The position numbers and the translations under genes were made by a program. From IMG/VR virus record IMGVR_UViG_3300046791_000665: 64,000 bases of DNA. One strand, 5' to 3'. Origin of the DNA: an uncultured virus (IMG/VR IMGVR_UViG_3300046791_000665) (taxonomy: Duplodnaviria > Heunggongvirae > Uroviricota > Caudoviricetes). The notes under the pieces were generated by a model. The model was not told the origin of the DNA. It did no database searches and saw nothing but the letters and a program-made list of their open reading frames with translations. Of this stretch, positions 47,193 through 56,279 are shown piece after piece; within the stretch, counting starts at the first letter, position 1, and each line of letters opens with the position of its first letter.

Positions 47193-47696
47193 CTAACGAG
47201 CGGGGCGACGCGCCATGTCGGCCAGTTCCTGGGCGGACAGGACGTCCCGCGGACGGGTCTCCTTGTCGACGCCGAGGATGGTCGCATTCGGCAGCGCGGC
47301 CTTCGCCTTCGGCACATCCGCCTCGGAGATGAGCAGGCGCTTGACGCCCGACGCCTGCGCGCCGTGTCCCGCTCCGAGCGTGTGGAAGAAGGCGCCGACG
47401 CCGGCATTGCCGAAGGCGTTGGCGTGCGGGGCCACGAGGTGGGCCAGCTTGCCGAGGCGGCCACTGGGGCTGATCATCTCGGTGCCGAGCGCCACCACCT
47501 TGAGCCCCACACCCGCGAGCAGGTCGGCGGGGATGCCGAACATGCTGGCCTTCTCGCGGTAGCGGTTCTGGAGGTAGCCGAAACCATAGGAGCCGGCCGC
47601 GAACTCGGCGGTCGTCATGAGATCGTGCACGAGCGGGTGCTTGTGCAGGTGCTTGTGACGGCTGCCGCCGCGGACCAACTTATCGAGGTAACCCAT
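47193..47696 (-). CDS. Gly-rich membrane-associated protein upstream of the capsid candidate
   Basis: GAGGAG RBS; amphipathic/hydrophobic helices. Confidence 0.65.
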   Translation of the reverse strand: MGYLDKLVRGGSRHKHLHKHPLVHDLMTTAEFAAGSYGFGYLQNRYREKASMFGIPADLLAGVGLKVVALGTEMISPSGRLGKLAHLVAPHANAFGNAGVGAFFHTLGAGHGAQASGVKRLLISEADVPKAKAALPNATILGVDKETRPRDVLSAQELADMARRPAR

Positions 47697-47848
47697 TCTC
47701 GACTTCTCCTCAGGTGTGCAGTCTCAGGATCCCGTTGGCTCGAGCGAACTCATCGACCGAGCGCGGTGCCCTTTGCCTTGCTGAGGAAAATTTAGCGGGT
47801 ATCTCGAAGAGGGAGATAAATCAGTTCAGTCTATCGTGACACTTGCAA

Positions 47849-48076
47849 CTAAGGTATCCGACGCAGCGCCCACCGATCAATCGCAGACGGGTCAGCAATC
47901 ACAATCGAGCGCTTTCGATTTGGATCCGACTTAATCCTCTTGACAGGCAGCGGATCTGTCACCATCTTCACCCACCGCTGCACCGACGCCACGCTGACAC
48001 CTGTACCTCCCCAGAGCTTGTCGATTCGATCAGCGATGGCTTTGTAACCTCTGAGCATCTCTTTCGACTCCAGCAT
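47849..48076 (-). CDS. winged-HTH/excisionase-like DNA-binding protein
   Basis: LRGYKAIA..GVSVASVQRW..DPLPV. Confidence 0.55.
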   Translation of the reverse strand: MLESKEMLRGYKAIADRIDKLWGGTGVSVASVQRWVKMVTDPLPVKRIKSDPNRKRSIVIADPSAIDRWALRRIP

Positions 48077-48147
48077 CTTTCTCTTTTACATCAACATCAA
48101 AAACGCCGCTTATAACACTTGAGTCTTAGATTTCTTTAGTGTCACTA

Positions 48148-48570
48148 CTACTTTCGCAGCGGTCGAACAGGCTTTTCGGGCACGAAACCGCGCTCCGCAT
48201 CGAACGGCGATCCCTGCGCGACCTCCCTCATCCGCTCTACCTCATCGAGCGTGCCGTCGTGACGTGAACCTCGACGGTAGGCGGGTGAATCGCGCGAGAT
48301 CAAACCGTCCCAGCGCGGGTGCTGCGACGGGCGAAGAGCCTCTGGCGTCAATGGCAGAGGCGGCATCGGATCTTTTTCTTCTTCCTCTTCTACCCTGCGC
48401 TGCTTCGCAGTCTCGACAATCGCCTCCCGCCTCTTCGTCTCCCCCTCGCTGATTCCTTTCGGAAACAGGCGTTCTTGTACGCGCTCTAGGCACTCCTCTC
48501 GCTGTTTTTCGTCGACTCCTCGCTCAATCCACGCCTCGAGTTCGAGCACGTCCTCGACGGTGATACTCAC
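48148..48570 (-). CDS. hypothetical protein
   Basis: Coupled ORF. Confidence 0.55.
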   Translation of the reverse strand: MSITVEDVLELEAWIERGVDEKQREECLERVQERLFPKGISEGETKRREAIVETAKQRRVEEEEEKDPMPPLPLTPEALRPSQHPRWDGLISRDSPAYRRGSRHDGTLDEVERMREVAQGSPFDAERGFVPEKPVRPLRK

Positions 48571-49706
48571 GACTTCGCCTCCTCATTCTTCGCCGCATCA
48601 CTCTCCGTCGCCTTCTTCGCGGCATCCGCGAGCGCCATGAGCCCGCCAAGCTGCGCCTGAGAGAGTACTTCCGAAGCCTTCTGGATCTGGTCCATCTGCA
48701 ACATGGTAGGAGCACCGCTACCGGGAATAAGATCGCTCAGCCTCTTCGGGTCGATCGCGCCGCGGATGATGTCGTTGATCAAAAACACCTGATCGCTCGT
48801 GAGGATGCCTGCCTCGGTGATCTGCCCCGAAGTCGTATCGATCACGCCGAAGAGCAACGCGGCCTGCTCCTTCGTCAGCCCGTCGACGAACTGCTTCACG
48901 CCAGTATCGAGCCCAGCCTTCCCCTTCGTCATGTAGGCGATCATGGACGGGGCCAGCTGTTTGACCACCTGGACGCCCTCGACGAGGACAGAGTTGATCA
49001 CCTTGGCTCTATCCGCACGGATGTCGCGCTCGGACTTTCGATCGAGCGCTTCTTCGGTCGTGATGATCCACTGCCTGCGATCCGCCTCCATCTGGCGGAT
49101 CCACTCCCGCTGCTCCCGAATGATTTCCTGCTGGAGCGTCATCACACTGCCCGTCACCTCATTCGTCTGCTCCTGGTTCCAGCGCCCGTGCGCCAGCGCC
49201 GTCGAGAGCAGGCGATCGCGGTGCGTGTCGTCGTCGTCGCTGGCCGGGATGATCTGCCCTTCCTTGTGCTCTCTCCCCGTCGGGTTGAGATCGAATGAAA
49301 AACGCTCGTACGGCGCCGCGCCCTTCAGCGTGGATGTGGCGACGAGCGCGTACTTGTGCGGCCTCTTGAGCGCGTTGCACTCCCGCTGCGCCGTCGCCAG
49401 GAAGAAATTGGACATTTCTACCAACTCCTCCCTCGACGGCACGCGCGACGACATCGGCTTCCAACTCTTGTACGTGATCTGCTTTCCGTAATCCCTCGGA
49501 CCGTACATGGGGAGGAGCGCGATCATCTCCGGAAACGCGTCCGGCTCCGGCTTCGGATTCGGCTTCCCCTTCTCGCTATCCGACGGCGGCGGAGCCGGAT
49601 TGATTTCGAAGAGACGCTCGAGCCACGCGAACATCTCCGGATCTTCCGCCGTCGGAATGATCTGGCGCTGCTCGTCTCTGCGATCTTCCTTCTTCGCTGT
49701 CGCCAT
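48567..49706 (-). CDS. hypothetical protein with coiled coil; N-terminal domain shared with 23406..24506
   Basis: Long ORF with AGGAG RBS. Confidence 0.7.
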   Translation of the reverse strand: MATAKKEDRRDEQRQIIPTAEDPEMFAWLERLFEINPAPPPSDSEKGKPNPKPEPDAFPEMIALLPMYGPRDYGKQITYKSWKPMSSRVPSREELVEMSNFFLATAQRECNALKRPHKYALVATSTLKGAAPYERFSFDLNPTGREHKEGQIIPASDDDDTHRDRLLSTALAHGRWNQEQTNEVTGSVMTLQQEIIREQREWIRQMEADRRQWIITTEEALDRKSERDIRADRAKVINSVLVEGVQVVKQLAPSMIAYMTKGKAGLDTGVKQFVDGLTKEQAALLFGVIDTTSGQITEAGILTSDQVFLINDIIRGAIDPKRLSDLIPGSGAPTMLQMDQIQKASEVLSQAQLGGLMALADAAKKATESDAAKNEEAKS

Positions 49707-49726
49707 GCTCTAAATCGCTCCTGTTT

Positions 49727-50200
49727 TCAACGTTTTGTGGTTGCTTTCGCTACGGATCTCTTGCGGAAATCTAATTCAGCTGCCGCTTCGCTAATATAAT
49801 CATTCGCAATTTCTTGAAACTGCCTCTCCGTCAGATTCTGATTACGGAGTCTATCGAGGCGGTCATCCTCCTCGGCGATGGTGTACCCGAGCGTCCTCGC
49901 TGTCCGAAACAACTGCCTCTTCAGCATATCGGGCCACCAGTCCGGAACACACTTCCCCCTGGCAGGTACATAGACTGCCTTACCGCGATCATCCTCACCC
50001 GCAATCTCAAGCGCATCTGGCGAGCAGCCCTCTCCCAGAGCCAGTTCTCGTCGAACAATCGTGCGCCCGATACGCGCTTCGTGCGCAATGCTGATCGGAC
50101 GTTGCTCGATTCCTTCGATCCACGCCCATGAGCGAAGGTTTTGCCCGCACACAGGGCAACCGGCGTAGAGCACTCTGCTGGCCATCCGAAAACGAACCAT
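49727..50200 (-). CDS. hypothetical protein with CxxC
   Basis: ORF track; GCPVCG. Confidence 0.45.
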   Translation of the reverse strand: MVRFRMASRVLYAGCPVCGQNLRSWAWIEGIEQRPISIAHEARIGRTIVRRELALGEGCSPDALEIAGEDDRGKAVYVPARGKCVPDWWPDMLKRQLFRTARTLGYTIAEEDDRLDRLRNQNLTERQFQEIANDYISEAAAELDFRKRSVAKATTKR

Positions 50201-50308
50201 AGCAGCAAGTCCGTTTGTTGTCTAAGTCCTTGAAATCAGCATATGCTAATTTGTCGATCGACCGACCCTATTTGCCCTCCGCCCAAGGACGTGCTTTAGT
50301 CTCTTTCG

Positions 50309-51583
50309 ATGGGAGTACGCGCCTACTACTGCCGCGGCTGTGCGCACACCGGACCAAATCGCTGGAGAGGGCAGTGCCCCTCCTGCCGCGGACTCTGGTC
50401 GATTAAAGAGGTCGTCGTTTCAAGCGACGAGTGCCCGGGCGGGCAGCATGTTGACTTGGAAGAGGGCGAGTTCGCGTCGCTCAGCGATATTGGCGAAGAT
50501 GTTGAGGAGCCACCCCGTCTCGTGATCGGCGGCCGAATGAGTAGCGTCGACGACATACTAGGCGGCGGAATTGTAGAAGGTGCGGTCGTACTCCTCACCG
50601 GAGATCCGGGAATCGGAAAATCTACGCTCGTTCTTCAGATCCTCCAAGAATTGTCGAAGAATTACAAAGTGCTCTACGCCGTCGGTGAGGAGACCGTAAA
50701 GAAAGTTCTCTTTCGATCGAAGCGCATCGGAAAATTCAACCAGCGGCTACTTATCGGGCGAGAAACTCAGTTAGAGAACATCTTCGAAAAAATCGAATCT
50801 CTACACGCCAAGCTCGTCGTCATCGACTCCCTTCATACGATCAGGGCCTTCAGCGAGACTACCGGAGACGAGTTGGAAGTAGGTTCTACTACCGCTCTCC
50901 GCATCGGAATGCAGGCGATCGCCGACTACGCCTCGAAGATGGAAATAACGTTCATTCTCATCGGTCACGTCAACAAAGAAAGCGGCATCGCCGGGCCGCG
51001 CACCCTCGAGCACGCCTGCGACGTCGCGATCCACTTCGAGAGCCGATCGGCCAACAAACGAGATCCGATCCGCGTTCTGAGGTGCGACCACAAAAACCGG
51101 GACGGCGATGTGCCAAAATACGCACATTTTGAGATGACGGCGAAGGGTCTCGTACCGTGGGAAGAACCGTCCGAAGACGAGGATGCAGAGGACGAGCCAG
51201 AAATCATCACCCATCGCCCCTCTCGTCGGCTGCGTGCTCTGCCGTCTATCGCACCTACACCAGCAGCGCTCCCTGCACCTGAAGCTTCCTGGGCCACTCC
51301 TGACGGTATTCCTGCCACAACCGTCCTCGCCGTACCCTGCGACATCCCAGACTGCCGCGGAACCGTCGGGCGCGCCTGTACCGCAGCTGACGGATCGAGA
51401 GAGAAAGGTTTTCACCAGACGCGCATCGAGAAAGCACGCGGCGCGATCGCGGCAGAGCCGCTTGCCGAAACTCCCGAGATACCGCTACCGCCAGACCCCT
51501 TCGAAAAAAAGTTCGGCGCACCTCCAAAACTCAAGGCCGCGCGCACCAAAAAGCGCCGCACAGAATTACCCCCGGTGCGTTGA
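50309..51583 (+). CDS. RadA/Sms-like ATPase with N-terminal Zn finger, no Lon-like domain
   Basis: YYCRGC..WRGQCPSCRGLWS, GDPGIGKSTL, VIDSLH, GHVNKESGIAGPRTLEHACD, HKNRDG. Confidence 0.88.
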   Translation: MGVRAYYCRGCAHTGPNRWRGQCPSCRGLWSIKEVVVSSDECPGGQHVDLEEGEFASLSDIGEDVEEPPRLVIGGRMSSVDDILGGGIVEGAVVLLTGDPGIGKSTLVLQILQELSKNYKVLYAVGEETVKKVLFRSKRIGKFNQRLLIGRETQLENIFEKIESLHAKLVVIDSLHTIRAFSETTGDELEVGSTTALRIGMQAIADYASKMEITFILIGHVNKESGIAGPRTLEHACDVAIHFESRSANKRDPIRVLRCDHKNRDGDVPKYAHFEMTAKGLVPWEEPSEDEDAEDEPEIITHRPSRRLRALPSIAPTPAALPAPEASWATPDGIPATTVLAVPCDIPDCRGTVGRACTAADGSREKGFHQTRIEKARGAIAAEPLAETPEIPLPPDPFEKKFGAPPKLKAARTKKRRTELPPVR

Positions 51584-51606
51584 TGGCGTGTAAACTACGA
51601 GTCTAG

Positions 51607-51960
51607 ATGGCGGCCAGCGATAAGATCCTCAAGCGAATCGAGAACCTGCTCAGGCTGGCCGCCCCGACTTCGAACACAACCGAGGCCGAGCGCTCAAATG
51701 CCGCACTCGAGGCCGCACGCCTCATCCAAGAGCACGCCGTGAGCGTCCGCCCCGAAGATCCCCCTGCTCCTCCAAAACGCTCACAGGGGGGCGTCGTCCA
51801 CGGTGCCTGGGTCCTCACACAGGCTCTCCAGTGGTGCAACTGCTCACACTGCAACAACAAAATTTCGCAGGGCGACATCGTCTGGGTACGCGTTCTGAGC
51901 GTCGCTCGCGTCGACTACCGCCATAACTGCAAACCCTGCAAACCACAGGCAGCCGAATGA
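51607..51960 (+). CDS. DUF2786-like N-terminus plus Zn ribbon
   Basis: KILKRIENLLRLA..EAERSNAALEAARLIQEH; CSHC. Confidence 0.65.
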   Translation: MAASDKILKRIENLLRLAAPTSNTTEAERSNAALEAARLIQEHAVSVRPEDPPAPPKRSQGGVVHGAWVLTQALQWCNCSHCNNKISQGDIVWVRVLSVARVDYRHNCKPCKPQAAE

Positions 51961-52227
51961 GTCGCCTCCTCACCCTCCTCTTCCTCGCCGCCATCGGCGT
52001 GCTCTTCGGACTCGGCGTTCGCTCGGGCGCAGTCACGTTCATGTCGCAGGAACCGCCGCAAAAATTGTGCGCAAAAGTCTGCGCTCCCGCCAGCGTGCGG
52101 CACTTCGAACTTCAGATCGATACCCGAGGCATCGTGAAGGGGTTTTTCTGCGACTGCCTACCGTAGAGTCAAAACTGTTTTTCCTTGACATTTGACGAGG
52201 CGCCCCACTCCGTGTAATCCTCTCCTC

Positions 52228-52497
52228 ATGGGCGCGGAACAAATTCTTACGCTCGTCACACACGGCGGCACGGTCAGCGTCATCGCCCTCCTGTTCTGGC
52301 TCTACGTGCGTGAGCGCAACGAGCGCATCGCTGCCCAGGCACTCGTGCTAACATTAACGAAAGAGAACGCGGAATCGTCTGCGAAGATGGTGCGCGCCAC
52401 CGAGGAAAACACGAAGGCCACAACATCGCTGGCCGAAGGGATGCATCAGTTCGGTGACAAGATCAAAGATCTGATCGCCAGGAGACGAGTCTCATGA
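52228..52497 (+). CDS. holin-like membrane protein (TM plus coiled coil)
   Basis: GGTVSVIALLFWLYVRER followed by coiled coil. Confidence 0.45.
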   Translation: MGAEQILTLVTHGGTVSVIALLFWLYVRERNERIAAQALVLTLTKENAESSAKMVRATEENTKATTSLAEGMHQFGDKIKDLIARRRVS

Positions 52498-52721
52498 GGC
52501 AGAAAGCAGCACCGCTCCCCCAGGAGTGCGACAGCATCCGCGCAAACAATGCGCAATCCGTCGCAAATCTAGAGGAAGGTGCGAAGAAAATGCGCGACGT
52601 CGCGGAAGAGTTCAGCGAGATCGGGGAGTCGCTCACACGACACCTGAAGCGGCTCGAAGAAGGTGACGACGAAGTCACCCCGCCGCCGTTCCCGCTGCCG
52701 TTCGCCATCGCGAAGAAGTAG
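52494..52721 (+). CDS. hypothetical coiled-coil protein
   Basis: Coupled ORF. Confidence 0.5.
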   Translation: MRQKAAPLPQECDSIRANNAQSVANLEEGAKKMRDVAEEFSEIGESLTRHLKRLEEGDDEVTPPPFPLPFAIAKK

Positions 52722-53081
52722 AACTTCCTCCGTCCTTTTCTAGGTTTTCAAGCCTTCTGCACCCTCGCCGAGCGATTTTCAAAGTAAACGTATTAGTGCT
52801 TCTAAGAAGCCTATACAGCGAACCTCCGACGGACTATAGACGGAAAAAAAAAAAGGAGCCACGATGCGCCTCACACTCTTCGTCGCCTGCTTCGCCTCCG
52901 GCTGCTGCGCCCAGTTTCAGCAGACACACACCAAGCACGTGAAGACCGACCACAACAGCGCCACCATAACCAAGGAGTCGGTTCAGCGCCTCCGCGATCC
53001 CGCGTGCCGCGCCGACGCCAAGTGCCTCGGGGCGAATCTCGGAGCGATCGACGAGCAGGCGGATGCTATTTTGGTGAACCC

Positions 53082-53492
53082 GTGAAGTCCCCCACGCTCT
53101 CGGCGATCGTCGACCTCGCCGGCAAGATCGATGCGGTCATCAAAGCCGGAAAAGACGGTATCACCGTCGCCAACGCCTTCAACCACCCGGCCGTGCTCGC
53201 GCTCCGCGACAGCCTCCTCACCCTCTTCGGTGCCGAGGATTCGATTTCGGAAATGCTCGACGCAGTCGATGCGCTCAGCGAGGATTTCGATCGGCTGCAC
53301 GCGCTCCCCTACTCCGACGAAACCCTCGTCAAGATGGGGATCATCGCTGGCGCCGCGCGAGCACTCTCGGCTCAGGCAGAGGAAGAAGCCGCCGAGCCGG
53401 ATCAGATCTTCAAGTACACGCTCGAGGTAACGTGGCCCTACCTGGAAGGTCTGGTAAAGGCAGGGATCTTGGTGGCGCAGGCAGTGGCCTAA
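53082..53492 (+). CDS. hypothetical helical protein
   Basis: GTG start overlapping the stop of 52864..53085. Confidence 0.5.
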   Translation: MKSPTLSAIVDLAGKIDAVIKAGKDGITVANAFNHPAVLALRDSLLTLFGAEDSISEMLDAVDALSEDFDRLHALPYSDETLVKMGIIAGAARALSAQAEEEAAEPDQIFKYTLEVTWPYLEGLVKAGILVAQAVA

Positions 53493-53897
53493 CTTTGGCG
53501 GGCACGACCGGCACACGCGACGAGTTCACCTGCCGCTGCTGCGCCAGGAGTACGATCAAATATCCCGGGATCACGATTCGTGACGAGCGGACAGGGTCGA
53601 TTCGAGCAGGCGTCTGCTCCGTCTGCTTCGAGAATCAACCTACGATGGCCATGAACGCACTCGCAGCTTTCATCAAAGGTCTGCCGCGAAAAATCGTGAG
53701 TGCGTGAGCGTCCCCCTCCGCATGACCGCGAACGAGGCTCTCGGACGCCTCGTCAACGCGTGCGGCGACCACGTCGTCGACGACGTAGCCTGCTGGGAGA
53801 TCGAGGCGCTGAAGCGCGAGGGGTGGAAGGCGTCGATGATCCTCGGCAATGCCACGATCACGATCGTGCTCGAGGAGCCGTCGAAGAAGAGCGACGA

Positions 53898-54572
53898 CTA
53901 GGGAAGCATCCGGATCTCATTCCGTCGCATCGGTCTCACGCTCACCGCGTACTGCACCTGCCCCTTCCACTTTCCGTAGAGCGCGACGAGCGCGTCATCC
54001 CAAGCGTGCTCCAGCACAGCGTCGCGGAGGAGGGGCGCTCCGGCCATCGGTATAATGGACTTCATCGTCGCTTCGTGCCAGCAGCCCTTGAGATAGATGG
54101 CGACGTGTGTGGCATCGAACCGCTTCGACGGAATTAGCTTCGGCGCGACTTTCTTTACCTCTCTCGCCACGCAGACAATTCCGGTCTTCGGGTGCACGTA
54201 CAGATCACCCTTGCGGAGCGGTCTCACTCCACCGTACCCCGAAGCGCTCGGCACGCCGTTGACCAGCACCACGTTCTCCTCGACGTACGTCTTCACGTGG
54301 TCGAGCACGTGCTTCTGCACGGCGCTCTTCGGAGAGATGTGCGCCCGCATCTCCGAGCGCACTTTGTTCCACGAGCGCCCGACCTGCTTATGTAGAAAGC
54401 GGTAGAGCGGCGCGAGATTCTCGTTCAACGCCTTCGTGCGCGCGCGTCGATCGCGGAGCGGCTCCCTCGTCGGCAGCGACTCGAGATCCGCGCGCTCGCG
54501 CATGAACTCTCGCCCGTATCCCCCGCCGCGTCGCGGGCGCTCGACGATCACCTTAGACATGTCGGAGCGCAT
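53898..54572 (-). CDS. conserved hypothetical protein
   Basis: MSKVIVERPRRG..LNENLAPLYRFL..VGRSWNKV..LYVHPKTG; GGGGGGAG RBS. Confidence 0.75.
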   Translation of the reverse strand: MRSDMSKVIVERPRRGGGYGREFMRERADLESLPTREPLRDRRARTKALNENLAPLYRFLHKQVGRSWNKVRSEMRAHISPKSAVQKHVLDHVKTYVEENVVLVNGVPSASGYGGVRPLRKGDLYVHPKTGIVCVAREVKKVAPKLIPSKRFDATHVAIYLKGCWHEATMKSIIPMAGAPLLRDAVLEHAWDDALVALYGKWKGQVQYAVSVRPMRRNEIRMLP

Positions 54573-54700
54573 CTTCGTCTCCCCCCTTCAGCTGTTTGTT
54601 CCCCGCCTCTCGCGGCGCCCCCGTCCATCAACGGGTGCGATCTACCTAGACGCCGCGAGAGCCCCTACGCCATCCTAGAAACGCGAACAACACCACCTCT

Positions 54701-54865
54701 TCAGGGCTTACAGCAGAGGCACGTCGCGTAAATGCGACGCGGGTTCTGCCTGTGCGACCACACGATCGGCGTCACGAACGGGCGCCCGGTGCGTGCGCAG
54801 TGCCCTACCACTCGATACTCGTAGCCGCTTCCGCTTCCCTTCTTGCTGCTGGTCTTCGAATCCAT
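54701..54865 (-). CDS. small Cys-containing protein (54 aa, not in ORF track)
   Basis: GGAGGT RBS; MDSKTSSKKG...HCART...TCLCCKP. Confidence 0.45.
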   Translation of the reverse strand: MDSKTSSKKGSGSGYEYRVVGHCARTGRPFVTPIVWSHRQNPRRIYATCLCCKP

Positions 54866-54935
54866 GATGGACCTCCGTTTGACAGGAGGTCCGCCTACGG
54901 TGGTCTGGTCGTGCTCCTCATGATCATCTCCTCAG

Positions 54936-55265
54936 TGGACTCGGAGGGAGTCGAACCCTCGTCTGGCGGTGCGTTCAAAAAACGTCTACGCGCGTGTCCG
55001 GTTTACGTCCGGCATCGTTACATCAACTACGAGGGGACCAGGAGAGATCTACTTCTGCAGCGTCTCCGTCGCTGCTCGCCGGTTTATTTTCCCAGGATCT
55101 CCGGCTCCCGGCCCGATCGTGCTGCAGCTAGGCTGCTGCACGGAGGGGCGAAGCGAACGCGTTGTCGTTGGCTTTTGTTGTTTTCCCGTCGGATTTACGA
55201 GGTGTCGAGAACCCTCGGCGCGCTACTTTTTGTTCGTTCACCTCCATCGAAACCGGTACGAGCCC
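54936..55265 (-). ncRNA. ssrA: tmRNA (transfer-messenger RNA)
   Basis: 5' GGGCTCG pairs with 3' CGAGTCC-A including the G3-U wobble; T-arm GAGGGTTCGACTCCCTC; tag frame ANDNAFASPLRAAA-stop at 55172-55128. Confidence 0.93.
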
Positions 55266-55532
55266 GTAAGACCAACATGCTACCAAATCTTTCTTCTTGA
55301 AGTCCAGCACAAAACGATCTAGTCTCCGCCCCCATCATGAGCCACCGAGAGCAGCAGCGCCAGCGCCTGATCGACCGCCGCTACGAGACCGCCGCCCGCC
55401 CCCGCCAAGAATCGGGCGAGGGCACGCGCGGGCGCGTCGGACCGGGGGCAGGTGCGCGCTCGAACGTTCCAACACCGCTCGCGGCACGCGATCCGCGCCT
55501 GCCGCTCAAATCGATCCAGATCTGGTAAAAAC

Positions 55533-55767
55533 CCGGGGACGGGTTCAACTGCAAGAGGAAGGAGTAGCAGGTTGGCGTGCTAAGTGCTCGTCCTCTAGGG
55601 GACTCGCTCAGGGCTCGCTGCTCGGTGCTCCGCGCTATCGATCTGACCGCTGAACGCTCTGGTGCCGGTGTCTTTTTGCCCGTAAGGGCGTTCAATGATC
55701 GACGATTGACGTCGGTCGGTATTGCCTACCTCGCCTCTCCGCTCTCGCTCATCTCCCCCGTCCCCGG
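55533..55767 (-). ncRNA. putative structured ncRNA with long closing stem and 7-nt periodic AGC motifs
   Basis: 11-bp perfect inverted repeat (55533-43/55757-67) extends into an imperfect stem; GCT every 7 nt on + strand. Confidence 0.6.
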
Positions 55768-55772
55768 AAAAC

Positions 55773-56279
55773 CTACAGCCCGACGCTCGTCCGGTGGTTC
55801 GCACTCTCGACGAGATCGTTCAGGTCATCGAACTTCTTCTGCACCTCGGCGACGGACTGCGCGCGCCGCGCCTCCGGCAAGTGGCAGCGAAACAGGCGCT
55901 CGACTGCGGCGTACTTGTTACCCCCGTCGACCGTGATGTACTCGTTGGTGCGATCGGCCGTCACCTCCTGCGGGCGCACGGCGAGTCCGCGGAGCCACGC
56001 GATCCGCCCCTTGAACTCCTGGAGCCAAACCGTCGCCTCAGCGAGGGTGATGCTGCGACCCTCGTAGTCGACCTTCGTCTGCGCGTTGGCGATCCGCAGC
56101 GCGGCCTCGAGCCGGATCAACTCTTGACGCTTGCCGTCCGCCTCTTCGAGGCAGGTGCCAAAGGAGAAGGCCGGGGGCTGCTTCTCCTCGTGCGTCACCG
56201 AGCCGGCAGCGCGCTCGAGCGACTCCTTGTACTCCCCCTTCAACTTCGCGATGCGACGGAGGGTCTGTGCAATGGTCAT
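55773..56279 (-). CDS. DIP1984/DUF6847-like coiled-coil protein
   Basis: MTIAQTLR..LIRLEAALRIANAQT..ITLAEA..LNDLVESANHRT. Confidence 0.7.
   Translation of the reverse strand: MTIAQTLRRIAKLKGEYKESLERAAGSVTHEEKQPPAFSFGTCLEEADGKRQELIRLEAALRIANAQTKVDYEGRSITLAEATVWLQEFKGRIAWLRGLAVRPQEVTADRTNEYITVDGGNKYAAVERLFRCHLPEARRAQSVAEVQKKFDDLNDLVESANHRTSVGL

Noticed and set aside
23406..51583. Assigning gene symbol radA or treating the window as ordinary host chromosome
   Set aside because: Both ATPases lack the Lon-like domain, and the context has no housekeeping operons. Gene density and content are virus-like.
54936..54965. Stand-alone tRNA gene or prophage attachment site
   Set aside because: The T-arm and acceptor half belong to the tmRNA. 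There is no anticodon arm, and no integrase or duplicated 3' end is seen in the window.
55533..55767. 6S RNA or simple terminator
   Set aside because: Too long for a terminator. The internal heptamer tract and side hairpins do not fit the symmetric 6S rod, although an Rfam search is needed to exclude it formally.
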